DNA of 64,000 nt from Candidatus Woesebacteria bacterium (lineage in GTDB: Bacteria; Patescibacteriota; Microgenomatia; UBA1400; UBA1396): positions 73,481-137,480 of the forward strand of contig JAJOJK010000003.1 of assembly GCA_021208605.1 (NCBI GenBank). Direction: 5' to 3'. The translations under genes were made by a program, and so were the position numbers. Of the stretch, positions 1 through 9,891 are shown one piece after another (the first letter of the stretch is position 1; the number at the start of each line of letters is the position of its first letter). The notes beneath the pieces are model-generated. The model was given only the letters and a program-made list of their open reading frames with translations. It was not told the DNA's origin and searched no databases.

Positions 1-1130
1 ACCCACTTCCCACTCTCATCGCGATATGATAAGGCTGGAAGTCCACCCATAGCATCTCTCCAAAATTTAATGTCAAAATCCCCTCCGTCGGGTGGAGTGT
101 TTTCAGCAATACCTTCCAAGGAATTATTTCCGCCTTGAGTTACGTATTTATGAGTCTTTTCTTGAATTTTTTTAAGTGCTTCTATATCTCGCTCTAACCG
201 TTCAATGGTTTGATTAGCAATTTCAATCTCCAGAGGATCTTTAAGATTTTCCTTCATCTGAACATAAAAATTTTCAATATTATAATCTTCACGACGAATA
301 CCTTCTCCGCGAATAGTAGCTCCACCGATGAACGGATAGCCTAAGGTTCCAGCAGTTTCTTCAAAAGATTTCCACATCATTCCAAGAGGAACCGATAAGT
401 AAATGGATCGTAGCATTTCATATCGACGCTCTAAAGCCTCTCTTCTTTCAGCCTCACCCATTTCTGGACTTGGTAACGGCATATGCTCATGAGCACCAAT
501 CGTTGTTGTCACCATCCATTTCTCAAAATCATTTCGAGGATGGAAAGAACCGTCTATTTTTTCTGGATTTTTACGACGTTCTAATTCTGCAAAAGCCCGT
601 GAACGAGATTCAAAAGGTTGCAGTAATTTGCTCAAAAGAGTTTGCTCAACAATAAGTTGTCGCAAAACATCATCAGTATATCTTGAACGTGGTAAGAAAA
701 GAGCTTTTTCTGCTTGGACTTCTGATTCGGCCTCTTGAATTTTTTGTCGTACTATAGCCCTGCGTGTCTGCAAAAGAGGATAAAAAGAACTTGCTAGATC
801 GACAAGCTGACTACGTAATTCTCTTTTTTCTGAGACATCATCGCTATTAAGAATTTTAGTGTTAAGCGTTTCCATTTTGCTCAGTGAGCGAATAATGTTA
901 ACCAATTCTTGACTATAAGAAATGCTCCCTTCAGTTAGAACATTCTTTAAAACTTCACGGACATCAAGATCTTTAGTCAATTCAGGAATAATTTTTAAAA
1001 TTTCTTCTAAACCAGGAGCTTCTGATTCGGTTACTTCTAGACTGCTATCAGTCATGACATTCCGGTACCGCCCTGAAAGGGCGTCTACTATCTGTTGAGA
1101 AGCTGAATTACGTTCTCCTGACATTGCCAT
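1..1130 (-). CDS. Hypothetical protein, start codon at ~1128-1130; the ORF runs off the left edge of the window
   Basis: Open minus-strand frame from the ATG (plus-strand 'cat' at 1128-1130) to position 1, translating to MAMSGERNSASQQ... with no stop. The supplied track omits it because it is edge-truncated. No motif recognised. Confidence 0.45.
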   Translation of the reverse strand, partial: MAMSGERNSASQQIVDALSGRYRNVMTDSSLEVTESEAPGLEEILKIIPELTKDLDVREVLKNVLTEGSISYSQELVNIIRSLSKMETLNTKILNSDDVSEKRELRSQLVDLASSFYPLLQTRRAIVRQKIQEAESEVQAEKALFLPRSRYTDDVLRQLIVEQTLLSKLLQPFESRSRAFAELERRKNPEKIDGSFHPRNDFEKWMVTTTIGAHEHMPLPSPEMGEAERREALERRYEMLRSIYLSVPLGMMWKSFEETAGTLGYPFIGGATIRGEGIRREDYNIENFYVQMKENLKDPLEIEIANQTIERLERDIEALKKIQEKTHKYVTQGGNNSLEGIAENTPPDGGDFDIKFWRDAMGGLPALSYRDESGKW

Positions 1131-1159
1131 AACTATATTCTATCAGAAAGTCTTTTACT

Positions 1160-1975
1160 CTATTCAGCAGTTTCAGAAGAAACTTTTATTTTTTTCAATT
1201 GATTATCCATTTGATCAACAATAGTTCTTGTAAAAACAATGGAGTCAGGTCTCACTGAACCTTCATTTCCATACATTACAGTGCTCAAAATTCGTGCAAA
1301 CTGCTGTTTATATTTTACCAATTGTTCAGCAGAATCTTGAGTAGCCTCTTCAGGAAGAATCCGTTTCAGCGTTGTGTCGTGTTTACTTTTAACTTCTTTT
1401 AAGGCACTTTCAGAATTTATTGTTACGCCATACAGCGTCCCAAAGAAAGTTTTGCTCTTTTGTTCATCATCAAATACAGACTCTAAGAGGAATTGAAGGT
1501 CTTGTTCTTTTGTTAGACTCTCGCTTTGTTCGTAATATGCTCCCGAATGTGAGGATCCTCGATATCTATCCACAGCAAAAACAACATCAATAAGAGTTAT
1601 CATGGAATTTTCAACTTCATTCCCAAGTAATTTATCAATTTCTAAAGCGAGTTCTTTTTGATCTCTAAGCGATTCCTCGTCATATTCTGACATAACTTCT
1701 GCTGAATTGATTTCTTCTTGTTCTGCAGATTCTGACTCACTCAGGGAGTCTTTTACCATTTGTCCCAAAACAATGTCTATAGAAAGATTCTCTGCCAAAA
1801 CTAATTCCATCCACTCTTTAATCTCTTCTGGATCTTCCATGTTAATGGTCTCTGGTATTTCTATATTCTCTATAGCTTGGGGAATAAATTTTTGTATAGC
1901 TTCAACTGCTGTTGATAAAGAATGTTCTTTTGAATTTCGGAAGAGCAACATTGTAACTTCCGAGTATTTTTCCAC
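1160..1975 (-). CDS. Hypothetical acidic protein, 271 aa
   Basis: Long ORF rich in E/D and S. It lies in the same orientation as its neighbours inside a lower-GC block. No recognisable domain. Confidence 0.45.
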   Translation of the reverse strand: MEKYSEVTMLLFRNSKEHSLSTAVEAIQKFIPQAIENIEIPETINMEDPEEIKEWMELVLAENLSIDIVLGQMVKDSLSESESAEQEEINSAEVMSEYDEESLRDQKELALEIDKLLGNEVENSMITLIDVVFAVDRYRGSSHSGAYYEQSESLTKEQDLQFLLESVFDDEQKSKTFFGTLYGVTINSESALKEVKSKHDTTLKRILPEEATQDSAEQLVKYKQQFARILSTVMYGNEGSVRPDSIVFTRTIVDQMDNQLKKIKVSSETAE

Positions 1976-1996
1976 TATTTTTTTTTGTATAACTAT

Positions 1997-2420
1997 CTAC
2001 TTGCTTAAGTTGTTCTTCGATTGAATCACTCCCAAAATGTCAGTAAAAAGAGTTGGATTATTTTCGACGACTGCCTTCTGAAATATATGAAGATCAGCAA
2101 GAGTTCGTGGAGCTTCCATTCCGATCACTTCTGCCAGTCTATCTATCTGATCTTTATAAAACCCTGTGAGTGCTTGCACTTTTTTAATTTCAACTTGTTC
2201 TTCAGAAAGAATTTCGTTTTTAGATTGTTCTGCTACTTCGGAGAGCGCTGCCTGTTTTCCTGTCTGCCAACTCTGCTCTAGATGCAACTATAAACTGTTT
2301 ATCTACGTCTGTTGCCAGAGATGAAAGCTCCTCTACAGTTTCAGTTTCTTCCAACGGATTTGTAGAAATTTCATTAACTTCAGAAAATTCTGCGGCTGCA
2401 GCGGGAGATGGCATTGTCAT
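1997..2420 (-). CDS. Hypothetical protein split across two overlapping frames (2220..2420 and 1997..2287); possible frameshift
   Basis: Two minus-strand ORFs overlap by ~68 nt in different frames with similar acidic composition. They are most simply read as one ~140-aa gene with an indel near 2285. Confidence 0.3.
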
Positions 2421-2506
2421 GGTGAGTACAGGATAGCATAGAATTGTTTAAAGAAAGAAAAAGCGGCTTCTTAAAGAAACCGCTTTTAAATTTCGTGAGA
2501 GGTATG

Positions 2507-3268
2507 TCAGATTCCGCGAAGTTCTCGATCCTTTCCATAAGACCATCCGTCTTTTGATTTCCAAATAAAGGAAAGATCTTTTGCCTTCTCCAGCTGAGCT
2601 AAAACACTCACCGGATGAAAGCCCAGTACAAACAGATTGTAAGCCCGAATGTATAACTCATGACTTACTTCTTTCGGAAAAACTGTTAAACGGAAACCAC
2701 CTAATTCATCCTCCCATTGAATAGAAGCTGAATGCGATACTCGAACATGTAAAACATCTGACGGGATAGATAACTCAACGGCAATTCCCGTTTGAATTAA
2801 TCTATCTTTCCCGTACTTCAGTTCCGCTGAAAACCACGGATGACGAATCTCCATAGAAACCGGGTTTTCGTGTCCTGGTAGAGACCACTCATCGGCTACA
2901 TAGTTATAGCGATAGTCAAGAAAATTGAGCCAATCGACATGCTCTACTCCTTGATCGTTCGCCAGCTGAACTTGTCCAGTACTATGTACGTCTGGAAGTC
3001 CTGGCCAGACCAACAAAACATTCTTAACAGAGAAGTCCGCAAGGCCAGAAAACAATACTTGATTGCCCCTGGCATTGTAGAGACGGGGTTTCTTACGATA
3101 AACCGCTTCATAGAAACCATAAACTGGCCATTGCTCAGTTCCACGGATAAGAACTTCTTTAACATCCCTAGTGTGACTATTCGTTCCTTTGCGAACACCC
3201 TTTAGGGTATTCAATAACTGAATTGACACTTCCCAACCTGTACCTTTTTTCACGATCTCGTCACTCAT
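2507..3268 (-). CDS. Hypothetical protein, ~253 aa
   Basis: ORF 2507..3328; preferred start is the ATG at 3266-3268 (MSDEIVKKG...). A Shine-Dalgarno-like AAGGAG lies ~8 nt upstream (plus-strand ctcctt at 3276-3281). Confidence 0.55.
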   Translation of the reverse strand: MSDEIVKKGTGWEVSIQLLNTLKGVRKGTNSHTRDVKEVLIRGTEQWPVYGFYEAVYRKKPRLYNARGNQVLFSGLADFSVKNVLLVWPGLPDVHSTGQVQLANDQGVEHVDWLNFLDYRYNYVADEWSLPGHENPVSMEIRHPWFSAELKYGKDRLIQTGIAVELSIPSDVLHVRVSHSASIQWEDELGGFRLTVFPKEVSHELYIRAYNLFVLGFHPVSVLAQLEKAKDLSFIWKSKDGWSYGKDRELRGI

Positions 3269-3391
3269 TTTTTCGCTCCTTGAAATAGAGAGTGAATACG
3301 ATTTTAATATTATAGGATATAAATGCATTTTTGTCCATTCTCATCCCCCCTCCTTCCCCCTCCCACCAAAACCCGCTATGATACCTTTCCC

Positions 3392-5344
3392 ATGGCGTTT
3401 TCTTTTGTGCATCAGTCTTGGCAGTCAGCAGAACTTCGAGACAGACAATTGTTGCCGTCCCGCGAATCGCGCCGGCAGAATTCTGCCACAACTTCGCTCT
3501 CCATCCACGGCGGCATCAAGCATTGGCTGCGCGAAATGGTTCAGCAGCGCCAGGCTCGCCAGAGAAACACCGCCGAACAAACAACTCATTCCTCCCAATC
3601 CCAAAACACAGAATTAGCGAGTAACTTTCGTCTTATCGACGTCCTCACTTCTCTCAGCCAACGTGTACTTGAGAATCCAAAAATACTAGCCAAAGACTCG
3701 CCGGAGCGCTTCCAGCTGGAGGCCATGATGCGCGAGCAAATCCAGGCGTTTGTGGCTGAGCAGCTCGGTCTGCCGTATCACTCCTACGCCAACGAAGTCG
3801 ACTTGGGCAAATGGGTGAGTGACAACACGCTCGAAACCTTCCACCCCAAATACGCCGACACCGAAACGCGCGGTGACCTCCTCAACATGGCGCGTAAAGC
3901 GGCCACGGTCAACACGGGTGCCGAAGGTGACCGCTATCGCCGCGAACAAACACAACTCGAGGTGCTGTACCACGAAAAACTCACGGCCGAACTCACCAAC
4001 TGGCAAAACGAATCCACCTGGACACCCACCACGGCCGGAAATCTGCTTTCCGAAAATGTCCGCACGGAATATGGACTCACCAATCAAGAAGAAATCATTT
4101 ATGTCGGCAAAAAATACGCCTTGGCTATGCCCGAAAACTCGCAAGTATACCCAGAAGGCAAAGCGTACACGAACCTGCACCAACTGGTCTACATCCCTAG
4201 CCAAAACCGCGTTCTCTTGCTGATTGAACAGTGGTTCGACGAACACACCTACAATGACCAAGCCTTCATCTTAAATTCTTGGGAAGAAGACGCCATTCCT
4301 GACAGCGTCATGCTAACCGAAGATATTTTGATGTCGACCTTGGTTACGCTCCCCTCTGAAGTGCAAACAAGTCCTGCTTTTGAAGTCTTCGCAAATATGG
4401 CTCGCCAGCTCGACGCCAACCAGCAAGACACACAGTTCCGCCTCAACCAGCAAGCTCGCTTGGGTCTCCTTCATGCCAACAAAACCTCCATGCACCAGGC
4501 CGCCACTTTTTTAACACAGGTGCTTATCACCGAGTATTTAGTATGTCTGGAGTATCCGGAAGCCCTTTCTGATCTCTCGGCCCGACTCTGGGGCGCCTAC
4601 GAAATGATGGCGCATCCATTTTTAAGCGGTCACCACTTTATCTACGAGGCCACCTTGAAAAGTTACATGGACGGCTACCTCGGTCAATGGATTCACGCTA
4701 CCGCGCACCTACACTCACCCCAACTTAGCAACAGCCAGCTTGCCAACAGAGAACGTCGCCAAACCATCCACCGGCGCATTGAACAGCAGCTGCACCGTCG
4801 TTCCGCCCAAGAACAGCACCACCTCACCTCCCAACAAAAAGAACAGCGTAACTCTGCCCTGCAGCTTTTGGCCAACAATGGCTACACCAACATTTTGCAG
4901 CGCGTGGCGTCGGAAGCATGGTGCGCCACGGGTAACGTGGGCGGACTCACCCAAGTCTCACAAACTCTTAATTCGAGTTTGGGTCAATCGGTTATGAACG
5001 GACATTTCGTTAATATGAACGAACTCAGCCAGCTAATAGGACAGGATCGCGCAGAAAAATGGCAGATGGGCGTTTGCGAAAATCCCAACTGTCCCCGTGG
5101 TACTGTCACCCAGCTTGTCGGCGAGTGCGGATTTTGTATTCACTGCGAACTCCTCTCCCAAAGCGGACAAGAACTCACCAAACGCGGCGAACATGCTGAC
5201 TCTGATCTCGCGCGCCTCAACCAATTCGCCAAACAGCCGTTTCTCAACCCAGATGATGTTTCCAACTACTACCGCCGTCATTTAAAAATCGGCGTGGATA
5301 TACTGCCCACCTATCTTTTAGCCGGCGAGCAGGTTTTACGCTAA
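3392..5344 (+). CDS. Large hypothetical protein (~650 aa) with a C-terminal CxxC...CxxC zinc-ribbon-like motif
   Basis: ORF 3323..5344. The ATG at 3323 sits inside a TATAAT-like element, so the internal ATG at 3392 (MAFSFVHQSW) is preferred. C-terminus contains ...CENPNCPRG...CGFCIHC. Confidence 0.45.
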   Translation: MAFSFVHQSWQSAELRDRQLLPSRESRRQNSATTSLSIHGGIKHWLREMVQQRQARQRNTAEQTTHSSQSQNTELASNFRLIDVLTSLSQRVLENPKILAKDSPERFQLEAMMREQIQAFVAEQLGLPYHSYANEVDLGKWVSDNTLETFHPKYADTETRGDLLNMARKAATVNTGAEGDRYRREQTQLEVLYHEKLTAELTNWQNESTWTPTTAGNLLSENVRTEYGLTNQEEIIYVGKKYALAMPENSQVYPEGKAYTNLHQLVYIPSQNRVLLLIEQWFDEHTYNDQAFILNSWEEDAIPDSVMLTEDILMSTLVTLPSEVQTSPAFEVFANMARQLDANQQDTQFRLNQQARLGLLHANKTSMHQAATFLTQVLITEYLVCLEYPEALSDLSARLWGAYEMMAHPFLSGHHFIYEATLKSYMDGYLGQWIHATAHLHSPQLSNSQLANRERRQTIHRRIEQQLHRRSAQEQHHLTSQQKEQRNSALQLLANNGYTNILQRVASEAWCATGNVGGLTQVSQTLNSSLGQSVMNGHFVNMNELSQLIGQDRAEKWQMGVCENPNCPRGTVTQLVGECGFCIHCELLSQSGQELTKRGEHADSDLARLNQFAKQPFLNPDDVSNYYRRHLKIGVDILPTYLLAGEQVLR

Positions 5345-5518
5345 TATTTCGAGGGGATGTTTTTTATTTCTTTGGGAGGCTCTAGTCGCCGAAAGAAAAG
5401 TGGTGGTAACCGTTGATGAGGCGACTAGCGAAGTCGCACTCGACTCAGACAAAACTCTTACCTAAAAAACCAACTAGTGCGACGTCTCCTAAAGAAAGAA
5501 AAAACATCCCCTTTACAG

Positions 5519-5527
5519 TTGTGGATA
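5519..5527. promoter_or_regulatory. DnaA box (TGTGGATAA) upstream of dnaA
   Basis: Exact complement of the TTATCCACA consensus, 60 nt upstream of the dnaA start. Confidence 0.4.
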
Positions 5528-5587
5528 AACCACAGTATAGTGTGGAAAAGTTCCAAATTCTGCCCTGGAAAGCCTTTGTAGGAAAGT

Positions 5588-7195
5588 ATGTCAACGCTGC
5601 AACCAGATCTGGTGTGGGCCGATGTTTTGCGCTCACTTTCAAAATCGATGTCACCATCGACGTTTTCCACGTTTGTAAAGCCGTTGTCGATATCCTCCAT
5701 TGAAGAAGTTGGTGAAGACCGCGCCATTATTCGCTTCCAAGCCGCCAGTCCCTACGTCGCCCAACAAGCCGAGATGCGCTGTTACGCGCAGCTCAAACAA
5801 GCGGTCGATGAATCAACGCAAAAAAAATGCGATCTCACCTTTGTCAGTGCAGCCGAAAATGCGGTACCAACATCTCCAGAACCAGAACAACCAGTCGCGT
5901 CCGCAGCAGAACCACCGTTTCACCAACCGCAGACCCAACCACAACCGAGCCAAGCCAACGGCCCACTCGCTGACTCTATCCACAATGCTTCATTCCAAAG
6001 CCTGAACGACAAAGCTCCGTCCAACAACTTCATTCCGCCTACACAAACTTCCGCACCGCGCCGTCCGCAGTCAAACACGCACTCCGCGCCACAAAATGCC
6101 GCGCCGTCGCTGTTCTCCATGAACCAAATCAAAATGCCGACGGTGGATCGCTACAAGCTCGCCGCCCAAAAAGCCCACCTCCGCGAAGACTACAACTTCG
6201 ACACCTTCGCCGTCTCTGGCTCCAATGAAATGGCCTATGCCGCCGCCCAAGCCGTGGCGCAGTCTCCGGGGTCAGTCTACAACCCGCTGTTTATTTGGGG
6301 TGGAGTTGGCGTAGGGAAAACGCACTTAATGCAGTCGATTGGCAACGTCATTTTGAAAGCCAACCCAGACACTCCGCTCACCTACTGCATGGGCGAAGAA
6401 TTTTTGAACGAGATTATTTCCGCAATTAGAAACAAGAAAACGATCGAGTTCAAAGAAAAATACCGTCAACTCAAAGTTCTCCTCATTGACGACATTCAGT
6501 TTATTGCCGGCAAAGACACCGCCCAGGAAGAATTTTTCCATACATTTAACGCCATCACACGCGCCGGCGGACAAATTATCATGACCTCGGACCGACCACC
6601 GCACGAGATCCATCCTTTAGAAGATCGCTTGCGCTCTCGTTTTGAAGGTGGACTCACTATTGATATTCAGCAGCCCACTTTTGAACTCCGCACCGCGATT
6701 CTGCTCATTAAGTCACAAAAGATGGGTTTGGATCTCAGTATGGATTTGGCGCAAATGGTGGCAGCCGAAGTGGAAAGCACACGCAAACTAGAAGGCGTAG
6801 TGTTTAAGATTCATAGTGCCCATCGTTTCCGCAATCGCCCACTGGATCAGAATTTGATTCGCGAAGTTTTAGGCGAAGAATCTAGACCAGTCATCGCGAA
6901 GAAAAAACTGAAGCCTTCGGCCATCATGCGAGCGGTCACCTCTCATTTTCACATTAGTGCCAATACGCTGCGCGGAAATTCGCGTAAAAAGGACTACGTC
7001 ACCGCACGCCACATTGCTATGTTTTTAATGAAAAAAGAACTCGACTTGCCGTATACCGAAATCGGCAACAATTTCGGCGGTCGGGATCATTCTTCCGTGA
7101 TGCATGCGGTCAGCAAAATCGAGCAACGACTAGAAGCAGATGCTCCACTGAGCCAAGATGTTTCAGCTATTCGGGTGTCTCTCTCAAGTTTGTGA
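5588..7195 (+). CDS. dnaA: Chromosomal replication initiator DnaA
   Basis: Walker A GGVGVGKTHL; Walker B/sensor region LLIDDIQFIAGKDTAQEEFFHTFNA; arginine finger and C-terminal DNA-binding helix (TARHIAMFLMKKELDLPYTEIGNNFGGRDHSSVMHA). Long P/Q-rich N-terminal linker. AGGAAAG Shine-Dalgarno upstream. Confidence 0.95.
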   Translation: MSTLQPDLVWADVLRSLSKSMSPSTFSTFVKPLSISSIEEVGEDRAIIRFQAASPYVAQQAEMRCYAQLKQAVDESTQKKCDLTFVSAAENAVPTSPEPEQPVASAAEPPFHQPQTQPQPSQANGPLADSIHNASFQSLNDKAPSNNFIPPTQTSAPRRPQSNTHSAPQNAAPSLFSMNQIKMPTVDRYKLAAQKAHLREDYNFDTFAVSGSNEMAYAAAQAVAQSPGSVYNPLFIWGGVGVGKTHLMQSIGNVILKANPDTPLTYCMGEEFLNEIISAIRNKKTIEFKEKYRQLKVLLIDDIQFIAGKDTAQEEFFHTFNAITRAGGQIIMTSDRPPHEIHPLEDRLRSRFEGGLTIDIQQPTFELRTAILLIKSQKMGLDLSMDLAQMVAAEVESTRKLEGVVFKIHSAHRFRNRPLDQNLIREVLGEESRPVIAKKKLKPSAIMRAVTSHFHISANTLRGNSRKKDYVTARHIAMFLMKKELDLPYTEIGNNFGGRDHSSVMHAVSKIEQRLEADAPLSQDVSAIRVSLSSL

Positions 7196-7225
7196 TATTT
7201 ATTTTCTATAGGATATAATATCCCG

Positions 7226-7675
7226 ATGAAAAAAGAGATTTCATCTCTCCAGACATCTAAGGATAAACATCTTGCAGTCATTCTTGTACAAGGTGGAGTT
7301 TTTCTTGCACTGCTCGGCATTTCTCTTGCCTCGTTTGATAAGCGAGTGTCTCGCCTTTTAAAAGAACGAGCGAACGGGTTCTGCGATGGCTGTAAGGAAC
7401 ATGTTGGAAAAGAAAACCTTATAGCCTCCCACCTCATTCACGGCGTCAAAAATAATAGTCCTGAAAATGGAAGAGCTCTCTGCCCCTATTGTGAAGCTGA
7501 GTATCACTTATCACATGTCGGGAATGCCCAATCCATTGGTCTCAAAGAAAAAGATAACTACTCTGTTTGCTATGGACACGTTCATCAGCTCCCACCATTT
7601 GATCAAGATATTCTCATACAACGCTATTCTGAAAAATGGCAACGCGTCTTGAAAAAACTCGATAAAGATTATTAA
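7226..7675 (+). CDS. HNH endonuclease-like protein with an N-terminal hydrophobic segment
   Basis: Motif pattern C-x2-C (CDGC) ... SHLIH ... NNSPEN ... C-x2-C-x4-H (CPYCEAEYH) matches the HNH betabeta-alpha-Me layout. Sits between dnaA and dnaN; GC lower than its neighbours. Confidence 0.4.
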   Translation: MKKEISSLQTSKDKHLAVILVQGGVFLALLGISLASFDKRVSRLLKERANGFCDGCKEHVGKENLIASHLIHGVKNNSPENGRALCPYCEAEYHLSHVGNAQSIGLKEKDNYSVCYGHVHQLPPFDQDILIQRYSEKWQRVLKKLDKDY

Positions 7676-7699
7676 CGTATCAGGTGAATAAAAACAGAC

Positions 7700-7995
7700 T
7701 TTATCCACCGACTCTTCCACAATGTGGATAACTCATGTGTATAAACCCAGGATTTTTGGTGGATAACGTGTGCAAAGGTTTTCCCCATATCCACATTGGG
7801 GTTGTGTCCACACCCCACTTATCCGCTTTTCCAATCTCTTCCCCATTCCATCCACATTGTTTTTCACCACCCGTTCGGTATACTGTACACACGAAACGAA
7901 TCCAAACTAGTCGGCTGGGATTCCCCGGTTTTACACTTATCCCCACGCCTACTACTGCTACTACTATTCTATATATACAAATAAGATATAAGAGA
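7700..7995. promoter_or_regulatory. oriC candidate: cluster of six or more DnaA-box-like 9-mers plus an AT-rich unwinding element
   Basis: Boxes at ~7701-7709 (ttatccacc), 7723-7731 (tgtggataa), 7758-7766 (ggtggataa), 7788-7796 (atatccaca), 7803-7812 (tgtgtccaca), 7817-7826 (cttatccgc). AT-rich run ctactactgctactactattctatatatacaaataagatataag at 7930-7995, immediately before dnaN. Confidence 0.7.
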
Positions 7996-8009
7996 GATTG
8001 AGAACATTT

Positions 8010-9116
8010 ATGAAATGCAGAGTTGATCAACCAACACTTCTATCTACTCTTAACGAAGCCAGTCGATTTGTCGCTACCAAAGCTTTGAATCCATCGTTTG
8101 GCGGTATCTTATTGGAAACAGACGAAACCCATTTGAAGATTCGCTCTACTACCGGACAAGCCCTCTATGAAGCCAGACTCTTAGCGCAAATTGAAGAACC
8201 GGGAAAAGTGTTAGTGCCCTCTTCTCTGTTCTTATCGGCAGTGAAGTCTCTGGTGAAAGGGGAAGTCACCCTCGCTGTGGAGAGTGATCACTTACTGATT
8301 CAGCAAAATACGGTGGATTTTACCGTGGCCATCATGTCTTCAGAAGACTTCCCTGATTTTCCTGATCTCGGCAGCACGAAAGAATTTTTACTGCCTACAG
8401 AGAACTTCATGGCCGCTACCGAAAAAATCCTCGTGGCCGCCAGTAAAGACGAAACCAAGCCAGTTTTAACTTCAGTTTTGCTCGAAATGAGTCAACCCAA
8501 CGCTATGGTGACCAGCGATGGTTTCCGCTTGTATCGCTCCAATGTTGATTTGTCGCTCGATATGTCAGAGAACTTGCTGTTACCGGCCCGCTTATTGAAA
8601 GAAGTGCTGCAGATCGTAAAAAAAGCCGGCGAGTCGACGATCAAGTGCTTCTGGGATACTGCATCTGGACAAGTGTTGTTTGAATTGCCAGAAGTGAAGG
8701 TCCAATTGAGCGTAGTTTCCGGCGATTTCCCGCCGTACCGGTCCATTATTCCGGAAAATTCGAGTTTTTCGTTTGTGGTTGATCGCGAGGACTTCATGCA
8801 ACGTTTGCAACAAGTGATGGTTTTGGCCAAAGAACTGTCGAGCATTGTGGTCTTTGAGGCCAAAGATGGACAAATCGAACTCAGCTCACAAAGCAGCGCC
8901 CGCGGAAAATCCCAAGCTCTGCTCTCCCCGCTTTCGGCCGACGGCGAGATTCCTCGCTTTGCCTGTAATGGCACGTATGTACTCGATTTTCTGGGAACCG
9001 TTGACTCTGATTCGATCACCATTACCGGCGTCGACCCACTGAAACCAGTAATCTTTGGAGTCCCCGATGACGCTTCTCTTCTCTACTTGGTGATGCCGTT
9101 TAAGTTGCAGGAGTAG
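8010..9116 (+). CDS. dnaN: DNA polymerase III beta sliding clamp
   Basis: Canonical position after dnaA. About 370 aa with three-domain clamp architecture. The ORF track start (7998) is a TTG; the ATG at 8010 (MKCRVDQ...) is preferred. Confidence 0.85.
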   Translation: MKCRVDQPTLLSTLNEASRFVATKALNPSFGGILLETDETHLKIRSTTGQALYEARLLAQIEEPGKVLVPSSLFLSAVKSLVKGEVTLAVESDHLLIQQNTVDFTVAIMSSEDFPDFPDLGSTKEFLLPTENFMAATEKILVAASKDETKPVLTSVLLEMSQPNAMVTSDGFRLYRSNVDLSLDMSENLLLPARLLKEVLQIVKKAGESTIKCFWDTASGQVLFELPEVKVQLSVVSGDFPPYRSIIPENSSFSFVVDREDFMQRLQQVMVLAKELSSIVVFEAKDGQIELSSQSSARGKSQALLSPLSADGEIPRFACNGTYVLDFLGTVDSDSITITGVDPLKPVIFGVPDDASLLYLVMPFKLQE

Positions 9117-9177
9117 AAGTATTTATTTACCCGTCAGTGTTTTGTAGTATGCTAGCCACCTCAGTAGGAGGGAATAT

Positions 9178-9705
9178 ATGATCAATGCAGTTGAGCAGGA
9201 ACACGCATTAGAGCGGTTAGAGCACATTTTAAAAATGCAAGCCGTGGCAGTATTTTATCTAGTAGGTAATTCAAAAAAAAATGATGAATATAAGCAAGAA
9301 ATACTTGCGAAAATGCAAGAAGTTATCACCGCAACTGCTGAACTCGATCAAGAAACAGAGCCACCACTTGTTCTCCAATTTTCCTGTATAGCAAAAGACC
9401 GGTTTCATATATCGGTAACTGATCCAAATGGAAACGTTCTCTCAAAAGAATTTTCTCCGAATGAGTTATCTGCTTTGTTGTATGCTGGCGTAGGTGGGCA
9501 TTTAGTATTTGATGAAGAGAAATTAAAAGAAACAGTTTCTGAAGAAGATCGCCTTAAGGCTCTCGATCTTCTCCTAGGCATGGTGTATAACTCCAACGAA
9601 ATGGATCCACAAAAAGGTCAGCGAGTTTTTGTGTTGCAGCAAGAACCTGAAGTTTCGAATGACTTGGTTGGCCGAGTTATCACTATGAGCGTAGAGCTCC
9701 GTTAA
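9178..9705 (+). CDS. Hypothetical protein, 175 aa
   Basis: Clean ORF in the same strand run between dnaN and rpmH; AT-richer than its flanks. Confidence 0.45.
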   Translation: MINAVEQEHALERLEHILKMQAVAVFYLVGNSKKNDEYKQEILAKMQEVITATAELDQETEPPLVLQFSCIAKDRFHISVTDPNGNVLSKEFSPNELSALLYAGVGGHLVFDEEKLKETVSEEDRLKALDLLLGMVYNSNEMDPQKGQRVFVLQQEPEVSNDLVGRVITMSVELR

Positions 9706-9750
9706 CCTCCCTCTTCAAAAACTCTCAGATAATGCTATAATTCCACTTCT

Positions 9751-9885
9751 ATGAAACGTACATGGCAACCAAAGAAAAAGAAACGCGCTCGAAAGCATGG
9801 CTTTTTGCACCGTATGGCATCCGCCGCTGGTCGCAAGGTCATGAAACGACGTCGTAATCGTGGTCGCAAACGACTTTCTGTTTAG
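9751..9885 (+). CDS. rpmH: 50S ribosomal protein L34
   Basis: Translates to [44 protein letters not shown], a textbook L34. Too short for the ORF track. Coordinates +/-1. Confidence 0.9.
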   Translation: MKRTWQPKKKKRARKHGFLHRMASAAGRKVMKRRRNRGRKRLSV

Positions 9886-9891
9886 TTTTCT

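Noticed and set aside
3686-4261. Antisense ORFs inside large CDS (also 20399..20962, 16750..17202, 48386..49078, 8492..9022)
   Set aside because: They are contained within stronger, motif-supported genes on the opposite strand.
5588-7195. Alternative genetic code (UGA recoding) as the cause of the broken genes
   Set aside because: dnaA and other genes terminate cleanly at TGA, and conserved proteins read through without in-frame TGA. The frame breaks are single-nucleotide shifts, not stop codons.
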